Below, in pieces: positions 28,921 through 40,545 of a stretch of DNA of 64,000 bases. Numbering within the stretch: the stretch's first letter is position 1; each line of letters opens with the position of its first letter. A model generated the notes under the pieces. The model was not told where the DNA came from. It searched no databases and worked only from the letters and a program-made list of their open reading frames with translations. Where the stretch lies: assembly GCA_963703225.1 (NCBI GenBank), contig OY969801.1, positions 1,952,001 to 2,016,000 of the forward strand, given 5' to 3'. The DNA comes from Candidatus Eiseniibacteriota bacterium. Its GTDB lineage: Bacteria > Eisenbacteria > RBG-16-71-46 > SZUA-252. A program made the translations under genes and the position numbers.

Positions 28921-28953
28921 GTATTATTTGTGGCGACCCCTAGGGGCGAAGGT

Positions 28954-28969
28954 GTGTCACCATTGACAC
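28954..28969. promoter_or_regulatory. Palindromic enhancer candidate GTGTCA-N4-TGACAC
   Basis: Perfect 6-bp inverted repeat about 65 bp upstream of the -24 element. Confidence 0.55.
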
Positions 28970-28995
28970 GGAAGGATGGCTAGCAGAGGCTGGTA

Positions 28996-30147
28996 ATGAT
29001 GGCAACGCGTTCAATTCCAGAGAGTAGCGCGGCTGTGGCACTTTTGACACGCGGCTGTACCTGCCTGCTCGCGTCCTTCTGCCTCATCGGTCCGCCCGAG
29101 AGGGCCCTGGCGCAGACCCCCCTTCGAAACGCGCACGTCGTTTGGGCGAGGGACCATCGCGTCTACATCGCCTCGCAGGATTCGGTCGTGCTCGAAGCGG
29201 GATCGATTCTCACGTTCCTGGACCACGGCAAGAAGGTGGCGACCGGCGAGGTCACGGGAGTTCACGACGCAGAGCTCATCGTTGCGAACTTGACCTCCGG
29301 CTCGCTGGAGAAGGTGAAGCATCTCGACCGAATCAAGATCTTGGTCGCGTCTCCCGTGTTCCGTGCGCCACCAATCTTGCGTATCGGTTACCCAGCCCCG
29401 GGCCGAAAGAACCTCCTCTTCGATTGCACCAACCAGTCACTCGACTCTTCCTTTCTTCAGGGGGCATTCAAAGCAGTGTCGATGGAGCGACAAACCTATC
29501 GACTTGTCCGAGACTCGACCTATTCAGTCGCGGCCAAATGGCCCGATACCCTCCTCGTTCGGCTCTTCGACGAGGTCGCGGACGAAGAGATCGCTCTGGA
29601 ACGCGGGGATCTGGACGCCGCGCTCTTCTGGCCCGGCGAGGCCTCCCCCCACATTCGAGAGGCCATGCGCTGGCAGGGGCGCCCTTCGGGCCGATGGGCC
29701 GGAGGGATCCTCGTGACGAGCGCGTGGCGTCCGGGCGTGCCGACTGATTCCACCAGACTCCGCGTAAGCGAACGGCAGGCGCTTGCGCTCCTCAACAAGG
29801 AGCTGTTCCGTGGTGACCTCGCGGAATGGCCCAGCGAAGCAACACCTCCGCCTTCAACTGTCAACACACGGTTTGAGGTGGACAGCTCCTTCCCTGGGCG
29901 GGAGTCGATCGAGCTGCTCTTGAATCGCGCCGTGGGTTCGGGTGGGGCGCCCGCAGCCACCAGGGTGATTCGTCTCTCGTGCGAGATTCCTCCGCAAGAG
30001 GAGGTGCGCCAGGACCTGACCGGAACTGTATTTGACGTCCGGTGCCCCCTCCTCAGCACGCCGAAGCTACGACCCTACCTGGAGGCCATCGGCATCGACC
30101 CGCTCGCCAACTTGTTCCAGTGCTCGCCGGCAACGCGAAAACCATGA
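28996..30147 (+). CDS. Hypothetical exported protein coupled to the histidine kinase
   Basis: Signal-like N-terminus; segment WPDTLLVRLFD...IALERGDLD resembles solute-binding proteins; ATGA overlap with the kinase. Confidence 0.55.
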   Translation: MMATRSIPESSAAVALLTRGCTCLLASFCLIGPPERALAQTPLRNAHVVWARDHRVYIASQDSVVLEAGSILTFLDHGKKVATGEVTGVHDAELIVANLTSGSLEKVKHLDRIKILVASPVFRAPPILRIGYPAPGRKNLLFDCTNQSLDSSFLQGAFKAVSMERQTYRLVRDSTYSVAAKWPDTLLVRLFDEVADEEIALERGDLDAALFWPGEASPHIREAMRWQGRPSGRWAGGILVTSAWRPGVPTDSTRLRVSERQALALLNKELFRGDLAEWPSEATPPPSTVNTRFEVDSSFPGRESIELLLNRAVGSGGAPAATRVIRLSCEIPPQEEVRQDLTGTVFDVRCPLLSTPKLRPYLEAIGIDPLANLFQCSPATRKP

Positions 30148-31776
30148 GATCGCTCCGATCGCGTCTCATCGTCGGCTGTGCGCTGGTCGCGCTCGTTCCG
30201 CTCGCCATCGCGATGTTCCTGCTTTCCCAGCGCGTCGAGAAAACGGTCCGCACGGAGGCAGCGAATCGATTGAACGCCGCGCTCGGCGGGTTCCAGGTTG
30301 AGCTGCGCTCCAACGGTGAGCGCATTGAGGGAAGGATCCGGATCCTCGCCAAGGATCCGGTGCTCAAGCGTCTCTACCTACTCCAGCCCTCGGGAAGCCG
30401 CGATCTCAACGACTACTTGGCCGAGCGCCGGTTCCTGCTGGGGCTCGACTTCCTGCAAGTGGCCGACGGCCACGGATTGGTGGTCGGGCAGGGCGGTAAT
30501 CCCGCGACCATTTCACCCTCGCTGACGATCTCCGCCATGGCTCCCATTCAGTACGAGCAGAGGCCCGCAGGCTCGGTTTCCGGTGGCCTGGCGCTTGATG
30601 CCGCGTTTCTGGACCGCCTCAAACGGACCTCCGGTCTGGAGCTGATCCTGCGCGACGGCACGGGACACGTGATCACCGCGACGGTGGACACGGCCGAGGC
30701 GCGGCTTCTCCCGATTCGGGAGAGCGCCGCGCGTGTTGAGTTGGCGAAGCGATCCTACGTGAGCCAGAGCGTTCCCCTGGATTTAGGCGGAGGGACACGC
30801 GCGAGCGTCACGGGGCTCATCTCCACCGCCCCCGCCGATCAAACCATCGCGACGTTGCGATGGACCTCCCTGCTCCTGGGAGTGCTGGGGTTGGGCATCG
30901 CGATCCTGCTGGGCGCGCTCTGGTCTTCCCAGGTCTCGAGACCCGTAGAGCGGCTGGCGGCGTACTCCCGAACGCTGGCGCAGGGAGAGTGGAACGAGCC
31001 AGTCAGCGTCCCGAGCGTTCCCGAATTACAGACGCTGGTGCGGGCACTCGACCAGATGCGGCGGGACCTGACGACCTACCGCGACAAGCTGGTCCTGAGC
31101 GAGCGGCACGCCGCCTGGAGCCTCATGGCTCGCAAGGTGGCGCACGAGGTGAAGAACCCGCTCACGCCCATCGCGATATCGGTGGCCGATCTCAAGCGAA
31201 GCTACGACCTCCAGCGTCCCGACTTTCCCGCCATCCTCGACCAAGCGGTCCGGACCGTTGGCGACGAGGTGGAGAGCCTGAAGCGATTGCTTCAAGAGTT
31301 CTCCGACTTTGCCCGGCTGCCGGCCCCGAGATTCGCACCCTCACGCGTCTCCGAAATCCTGGCCGATCTGGAGACTCTCTACGGCCGCGACGTGGCCGAG
31401 GGCCGCCTTCGGATATCGCGCCCACGAGCCCGAGATCACCGCCTCCCTCGATGCCGGACAGATCCGCCAAGCTCTGGTCAATCTGGTTCAGAACGGCCTC
31501 GAGGCGATTGGTGGCGGGGGCCACGTCACCTTGTCGGCGCAGGCTGACGGAGGCTTCTTCGACTTTGCCATCTCGGACGACGGGCCCGGCCTCAGCGCGG
31601 AGCAGAGGGCGCAGCTCTTCACTCCCGGATTCACCACAAAGACTCAAGGAAGCGGGCTCGGATTGACCATCGTCGAGCGAATCGTGAACGAACACGGCGG
31701 GGCGGTCACCGTGAGCTCCCAAGCGGGGACGGGCACCACGATCCGAATCCGAATTCCGCTGAAGCAGAAGGGCTAG
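30144..31776 (+). CDS. NtrY-like sensor histidine kinase (HAMP-HisKA-HATPase), one frameshift near 31420
   Basis: Two TM helices, MARKVAHEVKNPLTPI H-box; second frame gives NLVQNG, DDGPG, FTTK-x-GSGLGL. Confidence 0.88.
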
Positions 31777-31778
31777 CG

Positions 31779-33122
31779 ATGCCATCGATTCTCGTCGTCG
31801 ACGACGAGGCGAACATTCGGACCAGCTTGCAAGGCGCTCTTGGTCGAGAGGGATACCAGGTGGACGCCGCGGCGACCGTGGCCGAAGCGCGGAACAAGCT
31901 CCGCGACGCGTACGACTTCGTCTTGTTGGATGTCTGGTTCCCGGCGGAGGGCGGGCTCGCGCTTCTGGAGGAGATCGCCAACCACAGTCCGGAGACCATG
32001 GTGATCATGATGTCGGGGCACGCCACCATCGACGTGGCGGTCCAGGCGACCAAGCTTGGCGCCTTCGACTTCTTGGAAAAGCCGATTTCGCTGGAGCGTC
32101 TGCTCATACTGCTCCGCAACGCCTCCACCACCCTGACGCTCCGGAACGAGAACCGTCGCCTGGGACAGGCGTGGGCCCGCCCGATCATCGGCACCTCCCA
32201 GGCGATCCAGAAAGTTCTCCGCCTGATCGAGCTCATCGCTCAGAGCCCCGCACCCCGCGTGCTCATCCAGGGTGACAGCGGCACAGGCAAGGAGCTGATC
32301 GCCCGCGCGCTCCACGCATCGGGCACGCGCCGCGATCGGCCCTTTGTCGCGGTGAACTGCTCTGCGATCCCGGAGGAGCTCATCGAATCGGAGCTTTTTG
32401 GACACGAGCGTGGCGCTTTCACGGGCGCGACCCAATCGCGGCGGGGGCGGTTCGAGGAGGCGCACGGCGGGACCCTATTCCTCGATGAGGTGGGGGACCT
32501 GAGCCCCCGGGCTCAGACCAAGCTGCTCCGGGTGCTGGAGGAGAGCGAGTTCTTCCGCGTCGGTGGTAACAGAACGATCAAGGTGGACGTCCGGGTCATC
32601 GCGGCGACGAACCGCAATCTGGACTCTCGCTTCGGGCCGGAGCCCTTCCGTGCTGATCTTTACTTCCGGCTCGCGGTGGTCCCTATCTTGGCACCGTCGC
32701 TTAGGGAGCGTGCGGAGGACATTCCGCTACTGATCGAGCACTTCACCGCCCAGGTCACGGCTGAGACGTCCGGGAGGCGAAAGCGTTTCACGCTGGGTGC
32801 CATCGATCTACTCCGACGCTACCCCTACCCCGGAAATGTCCGCGAGCTTCGGAACATCGTCGAGCGCCTGCTCATCACCACCCCCGGCCCTTTGATCGAG
32901 CCCGATCATGTCCGGGCCGTCCTGCCTGCACGGGAGGAGACGGCGAAGAGACCGACACGCCTTGGCGAAGCCGTGCGGGAGTTCGAGAAGGAGCAGATCG
33001 AGGCCGCGCTCTCGGCGGAGGGTACGATGACCAAGGCGGCCGCGCGGCTGGGCCTGGAGCGAAGCCACCTCTACAAGAAGATGAAGAAGCTGGGCTTTCG
33101 GCCGGAGACCCTGGATACCTAG
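31779..33122 (+). CDS. Sigma-54-dependent response regulator (NtrX/NtrC-like bEBP)
   Basis: Receiver VVDDE/LLDVW/EKP, GDSGTGKE, ESELFGHERGAFTGA, LDEVG, YPGNVREL, Fis HTH. Confidence 0.93.
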   Translation: MPSILVVDDEANIRTSLQGALGREGYQVDAAATVAEARNKLRDAYDFVLLDVWFPAEGGLALLEEIANHSPETMVIMMSGHATIDVAVQATKLGAFDFLEKPISLERLLILLRNASTTLTLRNENRRLGQAWARPIIGTSQAIQKVLRLIELIAQSPAPRVLIQGDSGTGKELIARALHASGTRRDRPFVAVNCSAIPEELIESELFGHERGAFTGATQSRRGRFEEAHGGTLFLDEVGDLSPRAQTKLLRVLEESEFFRVGGNRTIKVDVRVIAATNRNLDSRFGPEPFRADLYFRLAVVPILAPSLRERAEDIPLLIEHFTAQVTAETSGRRKRFTLGAIDLLRRYPYPGNVRELRNIVERLLITTPGPLIEPDHVRAVLPAREETAKRPTRLGEAVREFEKEQIEAALSAEGTMTKAAARLGLERSHLYKKMKKLGFRPETLDT

Positions 33123-33140
33123 GTGGGTTGGCTCACCGCC

Positions 33141-35220
33141 CTACTTGCCGGCCGGCGTCGGAGCGGCGGGCGGTGCCCGCAATAGCTCGACCTGGGCCCG
33201 GATCGCTTCCCGCTGCGGGTGGTTGGGAGCCCGCTTCAGCACTTCCTCAAAATAGCCGATCGCTTCCTGGCGGTGGCCGAGCTTCTGCGCCGCGACGGCC
33301 ATCTGGAGATAGACGTCGATGACGGTGAACTGGCTGTCGGGCAGAATCCGAAGCTCGCCGTCCGCGATTCGCTTGTAGATCTGCATCGCCTCCGCCACGT
33401 TTCCGGCCTCCTCGAGGGCCCTCCCCAGATGAAATGCCGCCTTGGCCTCGTGCGGAGATTCCTGCTGCGCCATCCGATACCACTCCACCGCCTGCGCGTA
33501 GTCCCGCTTCCGAAACGCCGAGGTGCCCACGAGGAGCAGACCCTCCGTCGCGGGCTGGCCGGTCTTGTGGTAGAGATCAATCCCTTTCTGGATCGATCGG
33601 CGCGATGCCTCCTCGTCACCCATTCGCCTTTCGACGACCCCGGTCCAGATTGTCGCGAGCGGCGCCACCCAGGTCTTCCCTTCCGCGAGCGGCTGGAAGC
33701 GCCGGAGCGCTTCGTCCAGGCGTCCCTCGTCGAGCGCCTGCTGGGCCAGCGTCATCTCGCTGTCCTCGGTGCCGGCCCCGGCTCCGCTGACCAACCCCGC
33801 GATCCGGTCGGCCTCGGCCTTGTTCCCCGCCCACATGTAGGCGTGCACGAGCCCCATGAGCGGGCCGTTCGCCACCCGCTCGAGATTGGGAGACGCCCCG
33901 CAGCTCGTTGGCGGTGACGGGCCCCGATCCCGGAAGATTCAGATCCTTGCGCAGGACGTCGCTCCACAGGCTCACGCTGCTGGTCCAAACGCCGATCCGC
34001 GCCACCGTCATCGCGGAGTAGAGCGCGATGATCAGCGCACCGGCCACGACGAGCCCTCGCGTGCTGGAGCCGCCTCCCGGTTTCGCGCCGTCGACGTGCC
34101 GCGCTGCCTCGCAAGCGGCGCCGCGAGCGCCACCAGCGCGAGCGATGTTCCGATCGTCGGAAAGAGGAGGTAGCGGTCGGTCATCCAGATGCGCAGCGTG
34201 AAGAAGAAGTTCATCACGGTCGCGAGCGGGAGCAGGAAGAGCGCGATTCCAAACGAGACGAGCGGGAGCCGTCGCCGCAGGAGGAAGAAGCCGGCCACGA
34301 GGCCGACGGCCAGGAGCGCCCCGAGGAACGCGATGCTGTCCTCCACCGGCTCTCCCCCCACTGTGTAGAACGCCGAGAGCCGGATGGGCAGGATCGCGTG
34401 GCCCACATAGAGCGCGAAGATCTTGGCCAGGAGGGCCAGTCGCCGCCATGCCCGGCATGGTCGATTGGATCAGGGCGCTGTCCTTGTCCTGTGCGTGCGT
34501 AGTGAGCAGGAAGCCAACGGCGGCGAGCGCGAGGAACGGCACCTTGTCGATCAGCTGTCGGCGGGTGATCCGTCCGGAAATGCAAAGGTCGTAGGCCAGG
34601 AAGACCCCGGGAAGGATGACGGCGTACCCCTTGGAGAGGATGGCGGCAGCGGCCAGAAGGACCGTCAGCGAGTACGGTCGCCATCGCGTCTCCTTCGCCG
34701 CCGCGTAGCGCGAATAGGCCAACAGCGCCAACGCGTAGAAGAAGAGGCAGACCACATCCTTTCGCGACGCCAGCCAGGCCACCGATTCGACGTGGATCGT
34801 GTGCGTCGCGAAGATCGCCGCCGCGACAAATGCCCCGGCGCGCCAGTCGAGTATCCGCGCAAAGAAGTAGTAAAGACCCAGCACGCCGCCCACGTAGAAG
34901 GCGATCTGGGTGATGTGAAAACCTGGGACCCAGGTGCCCCACACCGCCCGATCGAAAGCATAGGTCAGCGTCGTGAGTGGATGGAAGTTGGCGAAGAACG
35001 GCTGGGTGAGAATGCGCCAGAGGTTCTCCGGGGAGAGATGCTCGAGCCGCGCGTCACGGAAGTAGTAGTAGTAGTCGTCCCAGTCGTGGATCGGCACGAG
35101 GAGGGAGCGCGCGTAGACGAGCACGGTGAGGAGGGCGAGCGCCAGGGGCGCGACCCAGGGTTTGGCGAGCCACCCCGGGCGCGGCGCACTCTGCTTGCCC
35201 TTGTCTTTCGATTTCGGCAT
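33141..35220 (-). CDS. TMTC-like membrane glycosyltransferase with C-terminal TPRs, about three frameshifts
   Basis: WDDYYY, NFHPLT, H-x-ESVAW-x-RKD, LSK, DRYL, W-x-S-x-SLW, then TPRs; frame changes near 34440, 34060 and 33880. Confidence 0.8.
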
Positions 35221-35363
35221 GGGAATCCCTTCATCGCGAACGCGGAACGAAGGCGGCGATAGTAACAGGGATTTCCCGCCCCGAGCGATTTTGGTAGCAT
35301 GCTGGCCTGCCGGAACGAGAGGAGACTCCCATCAAAGCCGATGATCCGTCCGTGCGCCTCTTC

Positions 35364-35825
35364 ATGCGCCACACCCTCGCCACGCTCGCCTATCGCGCCG
35401 GCAAGACCGTGCGAGGAACCCCGGAGGCATTCGGCGCCTTCCGGGCGGGGCCCAATTCCCGTTCCGGCGTCGAGATCCTTGCCCACATGGGGGATCTGAT
35501 GGACTGGAAGCTCCGGGTGGTGCGGGGCGAGCCAAAGTGGACGACCGCGACGCCGCTCCCGTGGGATCAGGAGATCGCGCGATTCTACGCGGCTCTCAAG
35601 GCGCTCGACGACTATCTCGCCTCGGGCGAGCCGATCCGCGCGGAACCGGCGCGGGTCTTTCAGGGAGGTATCGCGGACGCGCTCACGCACACGGGGCAGC
35701 TCGCCATGCTGCGCCATCTGTCGGGGTACAAGATGAAGGGCGAGAGCTACGCGCGGGCCGACATCCAGATCGGCCGTGTGGGGATCGACCAGACGCCGGC
35801 CAACCCAAAGTACGAATTCGACTAG
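35364..35825 (+). CDS. DinB/YfiT-like four-helix protein
   Basis: RHTLATLAYR, ILAHMGDL, ADALTHTGQLAMLR; alternative GTG start at 35352. Confidence 0.7.
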   Translation: MRHTLATLAYRAGKTVRGTPEAFGAFRAGPNSRSGVEILAHMGDLMDWKLRVVRGEPKWTTATPLPWDQEIARFYAALKALDDYLASGEPIRAEPARVFQGGIADALTHTGQLAMLRHLSGYKMKGESYARADIQIGRVGIDQTPANPKYEFD

Positions 35826-35846
35826 CGGCGGGGCCGGCGCGCGTCG

Positions 35847-38800
35847 CTAGAGCGTCGCCACCGCCTGTTTCCGCTGGAGCTGCAGCACCCGCACGTCGGG
35901 GTCGACGACCACCTTCTCCGGCGTGAACGGGCAGTGGATGGTGATCGTCTTGGACTCTCCGGCGCCCAGGGTCACCGTTCCTCGCGCGTCGCGGTAGGCG
36001 GCGTTCGCCTCAAAGCCCGCCTTGGAATCGGCGCCCTTGGCCTTGTTCCAGCGCTCCCCGGAAACCGCCGCGACCTCAACCGGCATCGTGCCCGTGCCGT
36101 TGTTTCGAACGGTAACGCTCACGTCATAACCGTCCCCGCATCTTGGCCTTCTTCGCCTGCGCGATGCGATACTCCGGCATGGCGCGATCCTCGAACCACT
36201 CGCGCACGAAGGCATCGAACGCGGCCGGATCGCTGGCGTAGGGCCGCATCGCGGCCACGAAGTCCTGGAGCGCCGGATGGTCGCGGCTCTGGCTCCAGAT
36301 CTCGATGAAGTGGCGATACCCGGCGAGTGCGCGATCGTGTCCCATGAAGTCGTAGAGCATCCAGAAGACCCAACCGCCCCGGTCGTAGATCACCGTTTCG
36401 TCGGCTTCCTTCTTTCCGTCCACTTCGTACATCGGGCGTTCCTCGTCCACGCGCCGGCGGTCGCCATACCGCGCCTCCAGACCCTTCGCGAATTCCATCC
36501 GCCCGCGGTGGCCCTTCACCTTGTCGAAGAGAAGGAGCGTCGAGAAATGGGCCATCCCCTCGCTGAGAAAGTCCCCGCTCGGGCCGTTGGCCGGCGTGAG
36601 GATGTTGCCCCACCACTGGTGCGCCGCCTCGTGCGCGGTCACGAGAAACGTGGCGTCCGTCTTCGCATCGTTCTTGGTGAGGAATCCGATGTTCTCGCTG
36701 AACGTGATGTTGGTGCCGAAGCCCTGCGCGTAGCCGGCCAGCGCGGGAAACTCGGATAGCTTGAGCTCGCGCCAGGGATACGGAAGGAACCACTCCGAGT
36801 ACCAGCGCCGCGCGGCGTCCAGCGTGGAGGACATCTCGTCGACGTTGTACGGATGGACCGCGCTGTAGTAGATGGTCGTCCCGTGCCCCTGCTTCACCTT
36901 CCACTTGCCGCAGACCACGTTCAGAATCTTGACGGGATGATCGGTCTCCCACACCTGGGTGCGCCATCCGTCCTTCACCGTGTTGCTCGTGCAGACGCCG
37001 ACCGAATTGAGCGTGTACTCCGCCGGACCCGGTCACCGCGATGCGCGCGGGAAACCACGCCGTGGCGCCGTAACCGGCCCGCGTCATCCCCTTCCAGTAG
37101 TCCCGCGTGAAGCGGCGGGGCTCGGTCCGGTTCTCCTTCGTCTGCCCCACGTCCTCCATGTATCCGAGCACCGGGGCGAAGCTGGGCGTCGAATCCGGTC
37201 AGGACGACACCCGACGGAAGGATGAACTCCTGCGGTGTTCCCGCCGTTCTTGGTGACGCCGCCCGGGAAACGCCCGTCCCAGCGCCAGCCGACCACCACG
37301 CTGTCCCCCGTCGCGAGCGGCCTCGGCGGGGTGAAGACGTAGAGGTGCTGGGAGTCCTCTGGCTTGTACTCGGCGCCGTTCATCGTCCACGTGAGATTCG
37401 TCCAGTGAAGTCCGCCGGTGAGCGGAATCTGCGCGAGCGGGGCGTCGTTGCAGATTGACGAGCGTGAACGCGCCTTCGCTGGCCAACCAGTGCTTCGGGG
37501 GATCCACCTTGAGCTTGACGTCGGCGCGCGCGATGTCGGGAAGCGGCGCGTCCATCCACGTCTTGAGGTTCTTGGCCCAGTAGTCCTTCTTGGCCTTCTT
37601 CGCCACTCCCCCCTCGAGCCCCGCGTTCACCTGAAACACGAGCACGATACACGCCACCAGCGGCACCGCCGCGAATCGGGAGCAGCCGCGCCGTCGAGGC
37701 AACGAAGCCGCCGCGGTGCCAGCCGGTGCATCGGGTCTGCACGGCATCGGCGCCCCGGCGCCCAAAGAATCGGACCGCGAGCACCGTGAAGAGGACGGCC
37801 AGTCCCAGGATCATGACGCGGTTCCAGATCAGCGCCGTCCGGTCGGTCTCGAAGAAGCCGAGATCGCTCCAGCGAAGCGCTCCCCAGAGCGGCCAGTTCC
37901 CGGCCCAGCTCATCTGCCTCGTGAGGGCGCGGAACCCGGTGAAGATGAGCACCGCGAGCGACACGGAGTAGGCGGCGTAGCGGTTCCCCACCACCGCGTA
38001 GACCGCGCTCACGAACGCGGTCCAGGCGAGGAACGTGGGGATCAGGAGCAAACCCCAAATGATGAGATACGGCTCCAGCGAGAACGGAACCGTGCGCTGC
38101 ACCGCGATCGCGATCGCGCAGGCCGCCAGCGACGCGAAGAGCACCACGGCGCCCACCACGCTGTTCGCGAGGGCCTTTCCGGATAGCAGCGCCGCGGTCC
38201 TGAGCGGCGTCGCGTAGAGAATCTGGGAGAGACCGGTGGACCGCTCCCGCTCCAGCGACTCCACGGTGTAGAAGAGAAGCAGCAGGAGGACGAGCGTCGA
38301 AATCTGGTTCGCGATCCCCACCGCGCTCACCCCCGGCGTGAGCAGAATCGGCGTGTCGAACGCCCCCACCGCGAGGAGTGCGTTGCCGAGGGCCTGGATC
38401 AGGATGAGCGGAATAAAAATGTAGAGGCCGGCCTGGCGCAGAAGCTCGTGAAGCTCCGCGCCCGCCACGGCCAAGGTGCCCCGGACATAGGACGGAGTCG
38501 AGCTCTTCATGTGGAGACCCGAGAGCGCCGCGGCCGACGGCGCCTCGCTCCAGGAGGGGGCGGCCGCTCCCTGCTGGGCCAACGCCGCTTTCCGAGCCGA
38601 TTTGGAAGCAACGACGCCGCTCAGGGACCGCGCCACCGATCGCTGGGTGAGGAAGATCGCGCCGATCCCGGCTATGAGAATCCAGAGCCGGTTCAGCCAG
38701 AAGAGGCCGTCGTAAGGAACCCGCTGGGTGTTGTAGAACGCCACCCCTCGGTCGACCTTGAGATGCGTTTCGTTGAGCCAGCGGTATCCGGAAGGCTCCA

Positions 38801-39468
38801 ATACTTGCAGGAGCTTGTTCAGGCGCGGATCGAGCCAGGAGGGCGACCAGGTCCAGAGGAAGAATCCGCAGACCAGGAGCATCGCGACCGGGATGACAAA
38901 GACCAGCACCGCGCTCCGCGACTTCTCCCCGACGTACATGGAGACGGCGGCGTAGAAGATGAGGAACGGCAGCCCCATCGTCAGCACCGGCGTCAGGTAG
39001 TTCATGAGCTGGAACGGCCCCCGGATCTCCACCGCTTCCGCGTTGGGCACAACGTGATTGAAGAACGCGGTCGTAGCGATCTGCCAGAGCATCAGCACCA
39101 CGAAGCCCGCCGCCACGGCGAGATAGCGCCCCCAGACATATTCCCCGGGGGTCAGCGGGGTGGAATGAAGGAGGACGTCGACTTTCTCTTCCCGGTCGCG
39201 GAGCAGCGTCAGCCCCGCCCCCACCGCGATGAAGAACGCGTAGTAGAGGAGCACGATGAAGGTCATCATCTGCGTCTGGGCGAACTCGGACGTGATCCAC
39301 GCCTTGGTCCCGCCCACCGAGCTGTCCCCGGACGAGATCTGACATCTTTCCGCTCGAGAGACCGAACGCGCTCAGAAGCAGAATCAACGCGAGCACGATG
39401 AAGAGCGGGCGTCGGAACGTGTGGCCAAACTCCACGCCAAAGACGGCCCCGAGGCGCCGGAGACTCAT
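35847..39468 (-). CDS. ABC-2 permease fused to M1-family aminopeptidase, many frameshifts
   Basis: Two permease repeats (STPL...GRY, ATPL...GK), AHEAAHQWWG...SEGMA (HEXXH+E), YDRGG, DPDVRVLQ; about eight frame changes. Confidence 0.82.
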
Positions 39469-40373
39469 GCCATCACCTCGGCGTGCATGGAGGCCCTGGG
39501 GAGGGAGCCGAGGCGCATGAGCACGAGGTAGGCGTCTTCCAGCGTGACCGGGACCCGAGTGAATCCATGCGGCGGCGCGCCCGACGGCTCGTAGATGCGC
39601 GCGCGATTCTTTCCCTCGACCAGGATCGCCTGGGTCACCATCCGCTCGGAGCGAAGCTTGCTCAGATCCTCCGGGCTCACGGTCCCCTCAAAGACCCGGC
39701 CGTTCACCGCCGCGCGCGCGTCGCTCGGCGAGGTGACCGCCAGGAGTCGCCCGTCCCGAATCACCGCGACCCGCGGGCAGAGCACCGCGACGTCTTCCAC
39801 GATGTGGGTCGAAAGTAGAACGATTCGGTCGGCCGCCAGCTCGGATAGCAGGTGATAGAAGCGCAGGCGCTCTTCCGGATCGAGGCCCGCCGTGGGCTCG
39901 TCCACGATGATCAGCCGAGGATTGCCCGCGAGGGCCTGCGCGACTCCGAGGCGCTGGCGCATGCCGCCGGAATACCCTTTCACCGAGCGCTTGGCCGCGA
40001 ACGAGAGGTTCACCCGTTCAAGCAGCTCCTGCACGAGCTTCTTCCGTCCCTGCGGAGCCGTCACGCCCTTGAGCTCCAGGAGGTGCGACAGCATTGCCTC
40101 GCCGGTCAGGTGCGGATAGAACCCGAATTCCTGGGGCAGATAGCCGAGCCGCGGCCAGAGCCACTCGGGATCTTTGAGGATGTCCGTGTCGTCGAGGGTG
40201 ACCGTTCCCGACGTGGGCTCGAGCAATCCCGCGAGGATCTTCATGAATGTCGATTTCCCGGCGCCGTTCGGTCCCAAAAGGCCGAACATGCCGGAGGGAA
40301 CGTCCAGGTCGATCCCGTTCAGGGCGGTGACCGGACCCGGGTAGACCTTCACCAGGCCGCGCACTTGGAGCAT
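39465..40373 (-). CDS. ABC transporter ATP-binding protein
   Basis: GPNGAGKST, YSGGMRQR, VDEPTAGLDP, STH; ATGA overlap with the permease. Confidence 0.93.
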   Translation of the reverse strand: MLQVRGLVKVYPGPVTALNGIDLDVPSGMFGLLGPNGAGKSTFMKILAGLLEPTSGTVTLDDTDILKDPEWLWPRLGYLPQEFGFYPHLTGEAMLSHLLELKGVTAPQGRKKLVQELLERVNLSFAAKRSVKGYSGGMRQRLGVAQALAGNPRLIIVDEPTAGLDPEERLRFYHLLSELAADRIVLLSTHIVEDVAVLCPRVAVIRDGRLLAVTSPSDARAAVNGRVFEGTVSPEDLSKLRSERMVTQAILVEGKNRARIYEPSGAPPHGFTRVPVTLEDAYLVLMRLGSLPRASMHAEVMA

Positions 40374-40545
40374 CGAAACCTCCGTCGGGACGGGACTCTC
40401 CCCGGGGTCCAGGAGCGGGGAATCAGAGACGCGCGCCCTGGAGCGTCGGGCGCGCGGCAGTGAACAGAATGGACTACGCGGGGGAGCCCCGCAAGGTTTC
40501 AACCCGGCCCGCGGGCTCGGCCGTCCGAAGAACGCTAAGGGGCTG

